64,000 nt of DNA, from positions 10,540,001 through 10,604,000 of the forward strand of contig NC_090351.1 of the NCBI RefSeq assembly GCF_035084215.1, given 5' to 3'. The stretch's first letter is position 1. Every line of letters begins with the position of its first letter. The stretch comes from Heptranchias perlo (taxonomy: Eukaryota). The position numbers and the translations under genes were made by a program. Below are positions 1-13,290 of the stretch, piece after piece. Under the pieces are notes generated by a model. It worked only from the letters and a program-made list of their open reading frames with translations. It was not told the DNA's origin and made no database searches.

Positions 1-140
1 TGGTCCTTCCCCAGTGGTTATATGTGAATGTCACTTGAGGGTAAGATTGGCTGTTGACGTCCCCCACACTCAAAAAGCTGATTGAAACTCAACACAAACA
101 CTATAGATTTAACACGGCACTTTTACTAGTGATATGGATA

Positions 141-3135
141 GAATCATAGAATCATAGAATCGTTACAGCACAGAAGGAGACCATTCGGCCCATCGAGCCC
201 GTGCCGGCTCTTTGTAAGAATAATCCAGTTAGTCCCATTCCCCCGCTCTTTCTCCATAACCCTGCAAATTTTTTCCCTTCAAGTGTTTATCCAATTCCTT
301 TTTGAAAGCCATGATTGAATCTACTTCCACCACCCTTTCAGGCAGCACATTCCAGATCATAACTACTCGCTGCGTAAAACAGATTTTTTCATGATGCCTT
401 CGGTTCTTGGCCAATCACCTTAAATCTGTGTCCTCTGGGTCTCGACCCTTCCACCAATGGGAATGGTTTCTCTTTATTTACTTTATCTAAACCCTTCATG
501 ATTTTGAACACTTCTATCAAATCTCCTCTCAACCTTCTCTACTCTAAGGAGAAGAACCCCAGCTTCTCCAGTCTATCCACGTAACTGAAGTCCCTCATCC
601 CTGGAACCATTCTAGTAAATCTCTTCTACACCTTCCCTAAGGCCTTTACATCCTTCCTAATGTGCGGTGCCCAGAATTGGACACAATACTCCAGCTGTGG
701 CCGAACCAGTGTTTAACAAAGGTTCAACATAACTTTCTTGCTTTTGTACTCTGTGCCTCTATTTATAAAGCCCAGGATCCTGAATGCATTTTTAACCACT
801 TTCTCAACCTGTCCTGCACTCCCTTTAGAATTGTACCATTTAGTTTATATTGCCTCTCCTCATTCTTCCTGCCAAAATGTATCCCTTTGCACTTCTCTGC
901 ATTAAATTTCATCTGCCACTTGTCTGCCCATTCCACCAGCCTGTCTATGTCCACTTGAAGTCTATCACTATCCTCCTCACTGTTTCCAAGTTTTGTGTCA
1001 TCGGCAAATTTTGAAATTGTGCCCTGTACACAAGTTCAAGTCATTAATATATATCAAGAAAAGCAATGGTCCTAGTGCCGACTCCTGAGGCACAACACTG
1101 TACACCTCCCTCCAGTCCGAAAAACAACCGTTCACCACTACTCTCTGTTTCCTGTCACTTAGCCACTTTTGTATCCGTGCTGCCGCTGCCCCTTTTATTC
1201 CATGGGCTTCAATTTTGCTGGTAAGCCTAGTATGTGGCACTTTATCAAATGCCTTTTGGAAGTCCATATACATCACATCAACCCTCTCTGTTACCTCATC
1301 GAAAAACTCAATCAAATTAGTTAAACACGATTTGCCTTTAACAAATCAGTGCTGGCTTTCCTTTATTAACCCACACTTGTCCAAGTGACTATTAATTTTG
1401 TCCTGGATTATCGTTTCTAAAAGCTTCCCCACCACCTAGGTTAAACTGACTGGCCTGTGCTGGGTTTATCCTTACATCCTTTTTTGAACAAGGGTGTAAC
1501 ATTTGCAATTCTCCAGTCCTCTGGCACCACCCCCGTATCCAAGGAGGATTGGAAGATTGTGGCCAGTACCTCCGCAATTTCCACCCTTACTTCCCTCAGC
1601 AACCTAGGATGCATCCCATCTGGACCGGGTGACTTATCTACTTTAAGTATAGCCAGTCTTTCTAGTACCTCCTCTTTATCAATTTTCACCCCATTCAGTA
1701 TCTCAACTGCCTCCTCTTTTACTGTGACTTTGGCAGCATCTTCTTCCTTGGTAAAGATAGACGCAAAATACTCATTTAGTACTTCAGCCATGCTCTCTGC
1801 CTCCATATGTAGATCTCCTTTTTGGTCCCTAATCTGCCCTACCCCTCCTCTTACTACCCGTTTACTATTTATATGCCTATAGAAGACTTCTGGATTCCCT
1901 TTTATGATAGCCGCCAGTCTATTCTCATACTCTCTCTTTGCCCCTCTTATTTCCTTTTTCATTTCTCCTTTGTACTTCTATATTCAGCCTGGTTGTCACT
2001 TGTGTTATCAACTTGACATGTGTCATACTGCTTTTTCTGCTTCATCTCACTCTCTATCTCTTTCGTCATCCAGGGAGCTCTGGCTTTGGTTGCCCTACCT
2101 TTCCCCCTCGTGGGAATGTACCTAGACTGTACCTGAACCATCCCCTCTTTAAGGGCTGCCCATTGTTCAATTACAGTTTTGCCTGCCATTCTTTGATTCC
2201 AGTTTACCCGGGCCAGATCTGTTCTCAACCCACTGAAATTGGCCCTCTTCCAATTAAGTATTTTTACTCTAGATTGCTCCTTGTCCTTTTCCATAACTAA
2301 TCTAAACTTTATGATACTATGATCACTGTCCCCTAAACATTCCCCCATTGACACGTGCTCCACTTGACCCATCTCATTCCCCAGAGCTAGATCCAGCAAT
2401 GTCTCCTTCCTTATTGGGCTGGAAACATGCTGATCAAGAAAGTTCTCCTGAACACACTTCAGAAATTCCTCCCCCTCTTTGCCCTTTATACTATTACTGT
2501 CCCAGTCTATATTAGGATAGTTGAAGTCCCCCGTTATCAGTACTCTACAGTTCTTGCATGTCGCTGTAATTTCCCTGCAAATTTGCTCCTCTATATCCTT
2601 CCCATTAATTGGTGGCCTATAGAATACACCCAATAGCTTAATGGCGCCTCTGTTTTTTCTTAACTCTAACCAAATAGATTCTGTCTTTGACCCCTCAAGA
2701 GCATCCTCTCTCTCCAGCACTGCAATATTTTCCTTAATCAATACTGCCACCCCCATCCTTTTTGTCCCTCCCTATCTTTCCTGAACACTTTGTATCCAGG
2801 AATATTTAGTACCCAATCCTACCCTTTTTTGAGCCAGGTCTCCGCTATCGCTACTAAATTATATTCCCATGTGGCTATTTGCGCCTGCAGCTCCCCAACC
2901 TTATTTACCACGCTTTGTGTGTTTACACACATGCACTCTAATCCTATCTTAGACCTTCTCGTATTTTCTCTTAGTCTGATCTCACCTAATACTGTACTAT
3001 TTCTTACTCTAGTGCTATCTGTCTCTCCCAATCCTTTGTGCACTTTCTTTCTCCTTTCTAATGCTACATCCTGGAGCCCACCCCCCCCTGCCAAATTGGT
3101 TTAAACCCTCCCCGACAGCACTAGTGAATCTCCCC
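141..3135 (-). mobile_element. CR1-clade LINE, degenerate and internally deleted (end of ORF1; ORF2 APE endonuclease and RT fragments; 3' tail)
   Basis: Minus-strand ORF pieces with APE motifs (VAIAETWL, GVFYRPP, TGDFNYPNIDW, GDSDH) and RT motifs (KSPGPDGMHPRLL, DWRIANVTPLFKKG, YMDFQKAFDKVPH, LGPLLFLIYINDL, RVVMIWNVLP). (ATTCTATG)n tail at about 141-161. Confidence 0.93.
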
Positions 3136-3366
3136 GCTGGGATAGTACTGCCTCCATAGCGAAACAAAGAGAAAATCGCAAATGCTGCAGTCAGATGTGC
3201 TGTTGAGGCAGCAGAGAGAAAAAGAAACAGAAATAGAGGAAAAAGAGAAAAGCAGGAGAAAGAGAAGGGAAGGTAAGGGAGAAGTAGAGAGTTTAATGGC
3301 GCTTTAAATCCACTGCAGCAGGCCGCATCCACTTCACTTCATAGTGTCAGTGGGAGCTGTGCTTTC

Positions 3367-3750
3367 ATAGAAACATAGAAAATAGGAGCAAGAGTAGGCC
3401 CTTCAGGCCTGCTCCGCCATTCAAAATGATCATGGCTGATCATTTAACTCAGTACCCTGTTCCCGCTTTTTCCCGATATCACTTGATCCCTTTAACATTA
3501 AGAAATATATCTATCTCCTTCTTGAATACATCTAATGACTTGGCCTCCACTGCCTTCTGTGGTAGAGAATTCCACAGGTTCACCACCCTCCGAGTGAAGA
3601 AATTTCTCCTCATCTCAGTCACAGTATCCTGAGACTGTGACCCTTGGTTCTGGACTCCCCAGCCATCGGGAACATCCTCCCTGCATCTAGTCTGTTCTAG
3701 TCCTGTTAGAATTTTATGTTTCAATGAGATCACCTCTCATTCTTCTAAAC
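3367..3750 (-). mobile_element. CR1 LINE 3' fragment
   Basis: Minus translation FRRMRGDLIET...RRNFFTRRVVNLWNSLPQKAVEA; tail repeat catagaaacatagaaa. Confidence 0.88.
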
Positions 3751-4249
3751 TCATTGCTCGCTGCTATTGTTAAGTCAGCTCCCCATGAATACAAACCCCA
3801 ACACTCAGTAACTGAACATGGGCTGTATCCATGGTAACACTGAGCTTGAATCCAAGCACAGACAGGCCATCCCTTACATGTGACGGGCAGTTTCCCACCT
3901 TTATCCAAGTTGACGTTCTTGGCCTGAGGCAATGAATCGGGTTTACAGCTCGACTGAAAATCTCACACCTGGGATTTGCCCAACGTTGACAGCACTGTTT
4001 CTAAATTAGATATTTCTCAATAAGAGAATTATATAATATAATATATCTCAATATTATTTATCTTCATGTCCTTATTGGGCCTTGTTACTGGGAGAAACCT
4101 GATTTGAAACTCTGCACTGTAGGCCTGGTCCACAGCAGTATATGCTGGGAACCATGTACCACCCCCTGCACCCAATATCCCTCATCCTTCCTGCCCAACC
4201 CTAGAATACGATCGAGGAATGACTACAGTCCCAACAATGAGTAATATAT

Positions 4250-4540
4250 ATTTTTTTATTCGTTCATAGGATGTGGGCGTCGCTGGCGAGGCCAGCATTT
4301 ATTGCCCATCCCTAATTGCCCTTGAGAAGGTGGTGCTGAGCCGCCTTCTTGAACCGCTGCAGTCCGTGTGGTGAAGGTTCTCCCTCAGTGCTGTTAGGAA
4401 GGGAATTTCAGGATTTTGACCCAGCGACGATATATTTCCAAGTTGGGATGGTGTGTGACTTGGAGGGGAAAGTGCAGGTGGTGTTGTTCCCATGTGCCTG
4501 CTGTTCTTGTCCTAGGTGGTAGAGGTCACGGGTTTGGGAC
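4250..4540 (-). mobile_element. 3' end of a second non-LTR LINE family (CR1/L2 group; ORF ends ...AAHHHLLKGN*)
   Basis: Same 3' terminus as copies at 5170-5490, 25755-26070, 43528-44085, 57895-58352 and 63968-64000. Confidence 0.8.
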
Positions 4541-4729
4541 CTTACCTTACTGTGTAAGATTCTCAGTGTTTGTATCTGCAAGTACCATGTAACCTCTAGT
4601 CTGCATTCTGCAATGTACCACGATGGGCTGAGAAAACATGCAAACAGTCAAAGAGTTTCAATCCCTTGGTAATGCTGGAACGCGCTAACCAACGTGATGA
4701 ACAAATGCCATTAGCAGCTTTGAAAAACA

Positions 4730-5055
4730 AGTTGGCTCAGTGCTGCGATACTAAGTCGTAAAGAATGGAGGGCCTCAGGTTTGATTCTCAGTCCGTGCCG
4801 AGTTAGCTGATCTCAGCCAGAGCTAAGGAAGCGAGAAATCAGTCAGGATTCCCGTTATCATCAAATGACTCCCGCTGGAAAGTGTGTGTGTGCACATCGG
4901 GTGAGGACACGTCCTTCATGGGTGAATAGCCTGCCAATAACTCGCTGCCAAGGCTCACACATGAGAAATGAGCACTTGAGTGAAGTTCTGGAGGGCTACT
5001 GCCACCCGTGGAACTGTCGCCAAGTACGGGGTCAGCACCTTCAGGAGAGTAGGAG
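4730..5055 (+). mobile_element. SINE family B (tRNA-like head; core gtgctgagttagctgatctcagc...gaatagcctgcc...ggctcacacatga)
   Basis: Diverged copies recur at about 6985-7380, 12410-12570(-), 13820-14200, 16680-17020(-), 18490-18850(-), 21950-22260(-), 22775-23170 and 44740-46440 (interrupted). Family not named with confidence. Confidence 0.65.
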
Positions 5056-5169
5056 GCAAAAACAGGCTCTCTCTTGGGCATTTAACTCAGCCACAATCAC
5101 CATCTGCTTTTTGCTAGAACCGTCAAATATGTGGATGTACAAAACCTTCCTCTTCTCACAGTATCCCCT

Positions 5170-5490
5170 GAGCAATCCTTCTTCAGCAGCACCTCCCAAA
5201 CCCACTGCGTCCCCCACCAAGAAGGACAAGAGCAGCAGGTGCAGGGGAACACCACCACCTCCAAGCTCCCCTCCAAGTCACGCACCATATCCACTTGAAC
5301 ATATATCACCGTTCTTTTATTGTTACTGGGTCAAAATCTTAGAACTCCCTACCTAACAGCACCATGGGAGCACCTTCACTACAGGAATGCAGCGATTCAA
5401 GAAGGAGACCCACCACCACCTTTTCAAGGGCAACTAGGGATGAGCAATAAATGCTGGCCTGGCCCACACACCAAGAATGAATTTTTAAAA
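5170..5490 (+). mobile_element. Non-LTR LINE 3' end (HHHLLKGN family), diverged
   Basis: Matches the 57895-58352 copy. Confidence 0.75.
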
Positions 5491-6094
5491 AATTGACATT
5501 GGGTGAAGGTGGAGGATCTCTCATTATTGTAGGGATTTGAGCTTTGACAGGTTTCAACGGTAGCTCCAGTGGGCTTAAGGATTAATGTCTCTTTAAAATT
5601 AAAAGAGATGTTTTTGTCCAACAAGCCCAAACACCAATGTCATGTATCGGGCAAACAAGTTGAACCACATGCTGCTTTTGTGATGTAAATACCTTTCAAA
5701 GCGAGTCTATGTGATAGAACAGGAAGCCCAGATGGTTCAGATAGCACTAGTCACTACAAACCCTTAGACCGGCTCATGTGAGGGATTAGGGCGGTGGGGT
5801 TAGCCTGACTCTGTTCACAAACTGTCATCATGTAAACCTCACTGTAACGAGGACACACTCTCAGGTTCCACCACAGGTGTTTTATCTGTATGCCTCACTG
5901 AACATGTCTGAAAGAGGAAGCCATTGTTTACTCCCCACCTGCAAGGGGCACCCAGGAGCATTGCTCCTTTGTGTTTATTTTTCTAACCCTTCTACTTAGT
6001 TTGCATGTCAGCATTTCTCAGGTTTTTTGTGCAAACTGGCCGCTAAGAGAGACCCTGTTCCACTTTGCGACTGCACTGTAATCGTCCTAGGTGT

Positions 6095-6515
6095 TAGCTG
6101 TGGCTCGGTTAGTAGCACGCTCGCCTCTAAGTCAGAAGGTTGTGGGTTCAGGTCCCACTCCAGAGGCTTGAGCACATAACTAGGCTTCAGTGCAGTACTA
6201 TCAGAGATGTTGTTTCTCAGATGAGATGTTAAAGCCAGGCCCTGTCTGCCCTCTCAGGTAAATATTAAAAGATCCCATGGCACTATTTGAAGAGGAGCAG
6301 GGGAGTTCTCCCTGGTGTCCTGGCCATTATTTATCCCTCAACCGACATTACTAAAACAGATTATCTGCTCATTATTACATTGCTGTGCGCAAATTGGCTG
6401 CAAATTTCCTACATTACAACAGTGACTACACTTCAAAAGTACTTTGTTGGCTGTAAAGTGCTTTGGGATGTCCTGGGGTCATGAAAGCCGCCATGTAAAT
6501 TCAAATCTTTCTTTC
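6095..6515 (+). mobile_element. tRNA-derived Deu-domain SINE (SacSINE1/AmnSINE1-like)
   Basis: A box (tggctcggttagta), B box (ggttcaggtccc), Deu core (gatgagatgttaaa...gatcccatggcactattt...gagcaggggagttctcc), L2-like tail. Confidence 0.85.
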
Positions 6516-7469
6516 TTAGCAGCGTTTGGACTCCCGCAATAGGTGCTGAGAACAGTTTCTAATCTGGGTTCAGTTATGCGAGTGAGCCCGGATCAGTATG
6601 ACGTTGGGAAGGTGTCTTACATCAGAAATAACATCACAGCATCCTAAAGTAAGGCAATGGTTGTGCTATAATGCTGTACTAACATTTGGAACAGCAGTAG
6701 TTATCTACCAGGATAAATGGTGGGGTGATTACCATTAAGAGGCTCCATCATAAGTACTGACTCTTAGCTCACCCCATGGTTCGCCAGTATCTAGAAGAAG
6801 ACAGGTTATGACACTTTGGGTTGTGTAACCCTTGAGCACTGATGAAGTGCACACACCCCAAAATATCATAACATCTTTTCTCTTTACGGATGTTGACTGA
6901 CCTGCTGTGTGTTGGCAGCATTTTCTCTGTTTATTTCATATTTTTCAGCACTTGCAGTTTTTTTTCCCCTTTTTATTTCACCCGATGGTTCAGTTCATCA
7001 GTACGGTGCCCAGTGAGGGACCGAACCACCAACAAACCAGGAAAATCCCAAGTTCAACCACTCACTCTGTCTGTCTGTGTTTGAATGATCTGATCTCAGC
7101 TAAGGCAGCAACAGGAGACTGCGACAAGAGAGCATCAACACTTCCGGCCCAGGGACGGGAGAAGTTGTCCAGGTTTCCACCTCTCAATCACAGTACGGTG
7201 ACAGCTGCTGGAAAATGCGGAGAGGACTGGGTTTGTCTATGATGCCACTTGCAGTTGAATAGCAGTGAACTGCAGTGATCACTATCTAGCGACACAGATG
7301 ATAAATAGCCCCTTGGGTGAGGAGCTGGAGGACCGACGGCATCGATGCAACCGAATCTTAGACTTCAGATGAGGAGGGGGAAAGAACAATCAGCTCTGTT
7401 CCTCTGATATTTTCTTCCCCCAGCACGTGCATGTGTCAGAATCGTGCCAACATTCACTCCGCAGCCTGT

Positions 7470-7910
7470 TAGAATCATATAGATGAATCATAGAATCATC
7501 TATAGAGGGATATGGGCCAAGTGCAGGCAATTGGGACTAGCTTAGTGGTATAAACTGGGCGACATGGACATGTTGGGCCGAAGGGCCTGTTTCCATGTTG
7601 TAAACTTCTATGATTCTATGATAGAAAATTTATGGCACAGAATGAGGCGATTCGACCCATCGTGTCCGCGCTGGTCAAAATGAGCCACCCGACCTAATCC
7701 CACTTTCCAGCATTTGGTCCGTAGTCCTGTAGGTCACGGCCCTTCAGGTGCACATCCAGGTGATTTTTCAATGAGTTGAGGGTTTCTGCCTCTACCACCC
7801 TCTCAGGCAGTGAGCTCCAGACCCTCACCACCCTCTGGGTGAAAAGATTTTTCCTCAGCTTCCCTCTAATCCTTCTACCAATCACTTTAAATCTATGCCC
7901 CTGTTGGAGT
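7470..7910 (-). mobile_element. CR1 3' fragment, with a plus-strand CR1/HE1-type tail (about 7500-7620) nested in its tail
   Basis: Minus translation GHRFKVIGRR...FTQRVVRVWSSLPERVVEA; plus-strand gggccgaagggcctgtttcc...ttctatgattctatg. Confidence 0.8.
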
Positions 7911-8495
7911 GGGCACATGTCTCAGTCTGCCACAGCTAACACATCCCCCGCCATGTATGTCACTCTGTTCCTCTGCAGTAATTCAGCAAGTATTAATTCA
8001 GACTGAAGTACAGAATAGTGTTGGGTTTGTGTCAGACGGCAGTTCTGCACACATTCAGAAAGTATAGATAAAGCACTCTGCATTTACATAGTCATGAGAC
8101 ACAGTTGTTCATCGGTCAGATTAGGAAGAGCTTTTCGGTAGAACAACTGCTAATCTGCCAGTGAAGGCCGTTGATAGTGCAGATGCTGGCTGTTACTGCA
8201 CGAACTCTCACTCCATTAATCAAGCCTGGTATTCAGTATTTTATCAAAACAAATTGTAAATGCATCTATTACCACCTACATGTAAATGAGACCTATGCTG
8301 GTGAAGTGGCTACTTCAGATGAAAGCTCCAAGCTGCCTCATTTCCATTACTCGATAAATATTAAACAAAGCAGGGCCTTTTAACAAACGGCTTCAAAGTC
8401 CAGGACCTGAGTGTTAAGATTGGACTGTTGTGCAGGGAGTACCTGCAACAGGTATAGGCCCATCTCAGGCACCCAACACAAGCTGGTTTCCACAG

Positions 8496-8676
8496 GGGGG
8501 TAATTTTCACCTTCACCACTTGGGCGCTAAACTGGTGAAGCAGATCGCCCGCCCGCCCATTCTAGAACCAGCACAAGTTAAATTTCAATGGGATGAAAGT
8601 CAGGCAGGTTCTAGGACAGGTGACAACTCCACTCTGCCAGTTCACCGCCCAAGTGCTGACGGTGAAAATTACCCCC
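8496..8676. mobile_element. Palindromic MITE, PIF/Harbinger-type
   Basis: 16-bp perfect TIRs GGGGGTAATTTTCACC / GGTGAAAATTACCCCC; further inverted arms inside; 3-bp flanking duplication CAG at 8493-8495 and 8677-8679. Confidence 0.8.
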
Positions 8677-8879
8677 CAGATTTCTACGGGCTCTGATCAG
8701 CTTCAATTTGCATGGGCAATTTACACAGTCTTAGGCCCCATTGCTGCTGCCAATCTGCTGATGGTTTTTATATGGTCCCAGCTGTGAAATGGGGCCTGGA
8801 ACAAAACAGGGCGTTGCTTTATGAAGAGTCTAATTTATGGTGCAGAATATTGCCTATTGGAGTCAGATCTATGATGATC

Positions 8880-9045
8880 AATAAAATAAAAACTGCAGAT
8901 GCTGGAAATCTGAAACAAAAACAAAAAGTCCTGGAAATACAGGGCAGGTCTGTCAGCAGCTCCAAAGGCCAGGTTTAGGTCCTGGATACAAGGCCCTTCA
9001 TCATTCCCAAAATGTTAACCTGTCTTTTCTCTTCGCAGGTACTGT
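8880..9045. repeat. Short interspersed element with inverted halves (gatgctggaaat...gcaggtc / gacctgctg...tttccagcat family)
   Basis: Related copies at about 6838-6965, 13655-13780, 60265-60380 and 63450-63660. Confidence 0.6.
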
Positions 9046-10409
9046 TACAACTTCCCAATCATCAGTGCAAATAGGACTATAAATGATTCATGTCAGGCAT
9101 GTACCAATGCTTCCATTCTGTCCAGCTGTACACAACAGTGTAACATGAGAATATCCCACACATACAGAACTTTGAATGAGGCAAAATGCATCACAAACAT
9201 TGAAAGAGACTGAATTTAACCTAGATCAATAGTGAGCTGAATCTGATCTCCCAGGTAAACAGGGTATCTGTGTGGGGGGGGGGGGGGGGAGGGATGAATA
9301 ATCTATTCATTGCCCACTGCTGTCGTAAGGTAACCTGAGATATCTCGAATGCAATCTACAGCCGTTTCAAGACTTTGATATATCACTGATAAGGTTTCTG
9401 TCGCAAAGATTGTAAAAAGGGAGAAATATTCAGAATGTATATACGTGGCTGCACTGACATTGTTATGGGCCCATGGATTGTGGCAGAAACAAGGACCAAA
9501 TAACGTCTTCCAGAGGGCTACATTATTCAATACTTAATTGCAAGTTTAGTGACAAATGTGGACCAAACCGATTAATAGTTCAAGGCTGCTTGCCCCACGA
9601 TTTTCTAAAAATGCTTATTTTAAGCACTCTGTCACATTTAGGAACATTAGGAACAGAAGTAGGCCATTCAGCCCTCAGGCCTGCTCCACCATTCAATTAA
9701 ATCATGGTTGATCTGTACCTCAACTCCATTTTCCCCACCCTTGATACCCTTACCTAATGAAAATCTATTGCCCTCAGTCTTGTTGATTCAGCTTGTCCCA
9801 TTTTTGAAGAAATCAATTTAAAAATGACTGGATGTTCCTTTTTTTTGGTATAAGGGGAGAAATGCCCATTTTTTCATTTTAATTTACAGCCGGGTAAAGG
9901 AGTCACAGGGATGCAGTTCCTGAGATAAGATTTAGTTAGGTGTGGAGGGGGTGCAGGTAACAGAAAGCTAGCACTCATGGCACATCTGCAGCGATGGCCC
10001 TTTAACACTTCTCAGGGAGCTGACGAGCCAGTTAACCAGGATAAATTGTTAATGCAAATATGGGGTGTGCAGTTTTTTGTAGATAGTGGTTCAATGAGAA
10101 CTGAGAAATGTCTGTCAACAGCCAGGGCCCACGGATACTGATAACCTGTTACAGAGAAATTCGAACAGCTTTTCGGCGGGGAAGGATGGCCTTCAAAACT
10201 CCTGATGAGGCTCAGACTATATGTCACTCAAAGAGTGACTACGCTATTAACTGCTTGGAGAACCTGGCGGGAGGTCCAAAGGCATCTTAAAGAGCATACA
10301 AATATGGCAAGAATATTTCTGTAATGTAACAGCACAGGACATATATGGATGTAAAGGAAAACTGTGGTTATTAAAGTTACTGACAAAAATGATGCATTCG
10401 CACCAACAT

Positions 10410-10800
10410 TAACCAGGATGCTACAACCGGATAGGTAAGAGCAGTTCTTTGGAACTGGATAACGGAGGTGGGGTGTTGGGTGAGGATGGTGTGGTCAATC
10501 CTGTGAAAGGCAGCAGAGTTACAGTCACAGAGATTGTCATTTGTGACTTTGGTAGGGGCCGTTTAGTGCTGCGGGAGGGTAATTGGAGGGATTCAATCAT
10601 GGAGTAGTGGGAGAGATGGGCACGGAGCTGGGAAGTGACAACACGTTCGAGACCCTTGGAGAGGAAAGGGAGTGATGGCAATTAGCAAGGGCGGGATTTT
10701 TTTTTGAGGGGGGTGATGACAACAGTTTTGAAAGAGTGTTGAAGATAGTGCCTGAGGAGAGGGAAGCATTTACAATTTCAGCTAGCATGGGGGCCCTACA
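10410..10800 (-). mobile_element. L2-clade LINE RT fragment
   Basis: Minus translation MLAEIVNASLSSG...LPFLSKGLERVVTSQLRAHL. Confidence 0.7.
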
Positions 10801-11479
10801 GTGGTGGCTGGTTTTGATACAGGAAAATACAAAAAGCAAAATAATACGGTTTACTAGTTTTCAGAATTTGCTTTGCATGCAGAAATCGCTCAAACTGATG
10901 ATAGTCACAGGTTGGATAGCTTTGATCAGGAACCACATTTTCAGAAGTTATAAGGTTTTTTAAAAAGCTACATTCATTGTCACATGTTGACAACTGCCAA
11001 AGGGCATGAAATGGATATAACTTTGTCTTTTACTAAAAGTAATATAGTAAAATGAACCCCATTCTGTGAAAACAGGAAATCTAACACAGAGCAAGTGAAG
11101 GGAGACCTGCAGCAGTAACACAGCACACGCTCGATAAGATCTCTGCAATACCCAAGGCAGCCTGTGTGTTGAGATGTGTTTCAGCAAGAGATGCAAGCTG
11201 CATTTAACAATACAGACTGTGGTATTTTAAATGTTACCAGGTATTTTATCTCATCAGACTTCAATGTAAATGGCTCCCCACAGTAATTGGGCAATAGATA
11301 AGTGAATACATGTTTATCATGCGTGAAGCCGGCAAGTGGTTAAGAAAGACCCTGATGTAGAAAACAGAGACAAATACAGGTTTCCCATTCATTTTTGCAA
11401 TCAGACTTTTAAGTTAAAACATCTTTTAATTAATTGCAACGCTTCTTTTTCCAATGGTGTGCCAAACAGTTTTTCCAAG

Positions 11480-11880
11480 TTATCAGTTTGGCTCACTTGC
11501 CAGCACTCTCACCTCAGTCAGAAGGTCGTGGGCTCAAGCCCCATTCCAGGGTTTTGAACATATAACCTTAGGCTGATTTAGGGTGGCTGGACTGAGGGAG
11601 TGCTGCATTGTCCGAGATGTTTTATTTCAGATGAGAAGTTAGACTGAGGGCCTCATCTGCCTGTTCACGGAGACACGAAGTATCCCATGGCACTTTTTGT
11701 AAAGGGAGTTCTCGGCCGACATTCCCCTCTCAACCAAGGATAGTTTAATATGGTTTCGTGCGCACACTGGCTCCCGCGCTTGCCTACGCAACAGTGACTA
11801 GATTTCAAAAAGGAATGAATTGGCTTTGAAGAATTTGGCTGCTCCACAGATGTGAAAGGTGCTATTAAAAGCAAGTTCTT
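11480..11880 (+). mobile_element. Deu-domain SINE, diverged
   Basis: Aligns by eye to 6095-6515. Confidence 0.75.
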
Positions 11881-12929
11881 TCATCCTCTTCCCTTCAACA
11901 ACTCTCTATAAACTCCAAGTTATTGCTTTGGTTATGTTGACAACTGGGGCCTAAGCTCAGGCTCAGCTTTTGAATCCTCGCAGTTCAATGGAGTTGAGCC
12001 ACTCTGTTTATACTGTTAGACATGGGTCACTAACTAGGCTCGATAGACTAGCTTCTGAGCAGACTGGAAATCTTGAAAATGTAGAGTTGAAACCACCATT
12101 TCAAAATATAACAGTCCATCTTTTGCACTTTACTTATCACATGGAAGCATTGCTTAATAACATTAAGCCTTTTAATGAATTTTCCTAAGCAGCAAGGCAA
12201 ACCTCAGTACTGAAGCTATGCTCCCTACCTCCGTGCCTGTTCCATTCTTGTCCTGACTTGGTAAAAGGTGGAATCCCTGATGCAGCGTGTGTCTGTCTGT
12301 GTGTGTGTTCACCATTTCCGCTAGCGTGGAAGTTTCTTTCAACTTCACATCAATTTTCTCCTCTCCCCAAGGCACTGCACTATTAAGTCCAATCCTGTCC
12401 TTACACACCATCCATGCACAATTGCCTGGAGTCTCTGTATAACGATTGGGAGTGGAAACTTTGGGTTATTTTATGTCTCCTTGACCTAGGGGCATTGAGG
12501 CAGATTGTAGTTACCCTAGCGCTGTCTTAGCACAGCTGGTCAGTGAGGCTCAGCTACTCAATGGATAAACTTACAGGGCGAACTTTGAGCTTTACAGAGA
12601 TCCTCAGTTTCTTACTGACTAATAATTTATTACATAGTGAGGCCCTTTATGGCTGACAATTCTCACAAAATGAAACATTTTTCCTTTGCCCAGCTTTCTC
12701 CTTGTTGAGAATCTTTTACTGGGATAAAGTTCCAGAGGCCAGCCAGTTTCGAACACCTGGCCTAAACAGTAATTGTTTGGGAGAGGCGCTAGGTAAGAGC
12801 TCCAATTACAGTGCCCCTTACCACCAACCCCCCCCCCCCCTCCCTCCCTCCCTCCCACCTTTCCTCTGCTAAGATCAGCTGCCGCAGCACTACCGGGAAT
12901 CAAACCTGGGTCCTGCTGGTTCTCCAACA

Positions 12930-13290
12930 ACTCAAATTTAACATTCTCATCCTCATGTTCAAGTCCATTCAGGGCCTCATCCCTCCCGATCTCTGACCTC
13001 CTCCAGAGCACTAACACCCCCCCCCAAGAACCCTGCATTCCTCCAACCCTGGCCTCTTGCACAGCTCCTACTCGCTTCAACCTTCTTGGACTTAATGCTC
13101 TGGAATCCCCTCCCTGAACATCTCCAACTACTTTAAGAGCATCCATAAAACCTACCTCTATTACTAAGTTTTTGGTCACTCCTCCAAGTAGCTCCTTTGG
13201 CGGCACCATTTTTGTCTGATTATGTTTCGATGAAGCACTTTGGGGTGTTTTTCTACGTTCAAGACACTGGATAGTTGCAAGTTGTTGTAC
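12930..13290 (+). mobile_element. L2-like LINE 3' end
   Basis: aaatttaacattctcatcctcatgttcaagtcc...ctctggaatcccctccct...aaaacctacctc; same family as 47000-47250, 59385-59750 and 61270-61445. Confidence 0.7.

Noticed and set aside
141-3135. Possible active full-length CR1
   Set aside because: Multiple frameshifts and large deletions, including the RT catalytic region and most of ORF1.
4607-4627. PIVVHC peptide resembling a tyrosine-phosphatase active-site lead-in (PTPN22 is near AP4B1 in mammals)
   Set aside because: Not followed by SAG or by a splice donor, and that frame hits a stop.
6095-6170. tRNA-like sequences (also near 11490, 17070, 61630)
   Set aside because: They are SINE heads continuing into Deu-domain bodies and do not form a clean cloverleaf.
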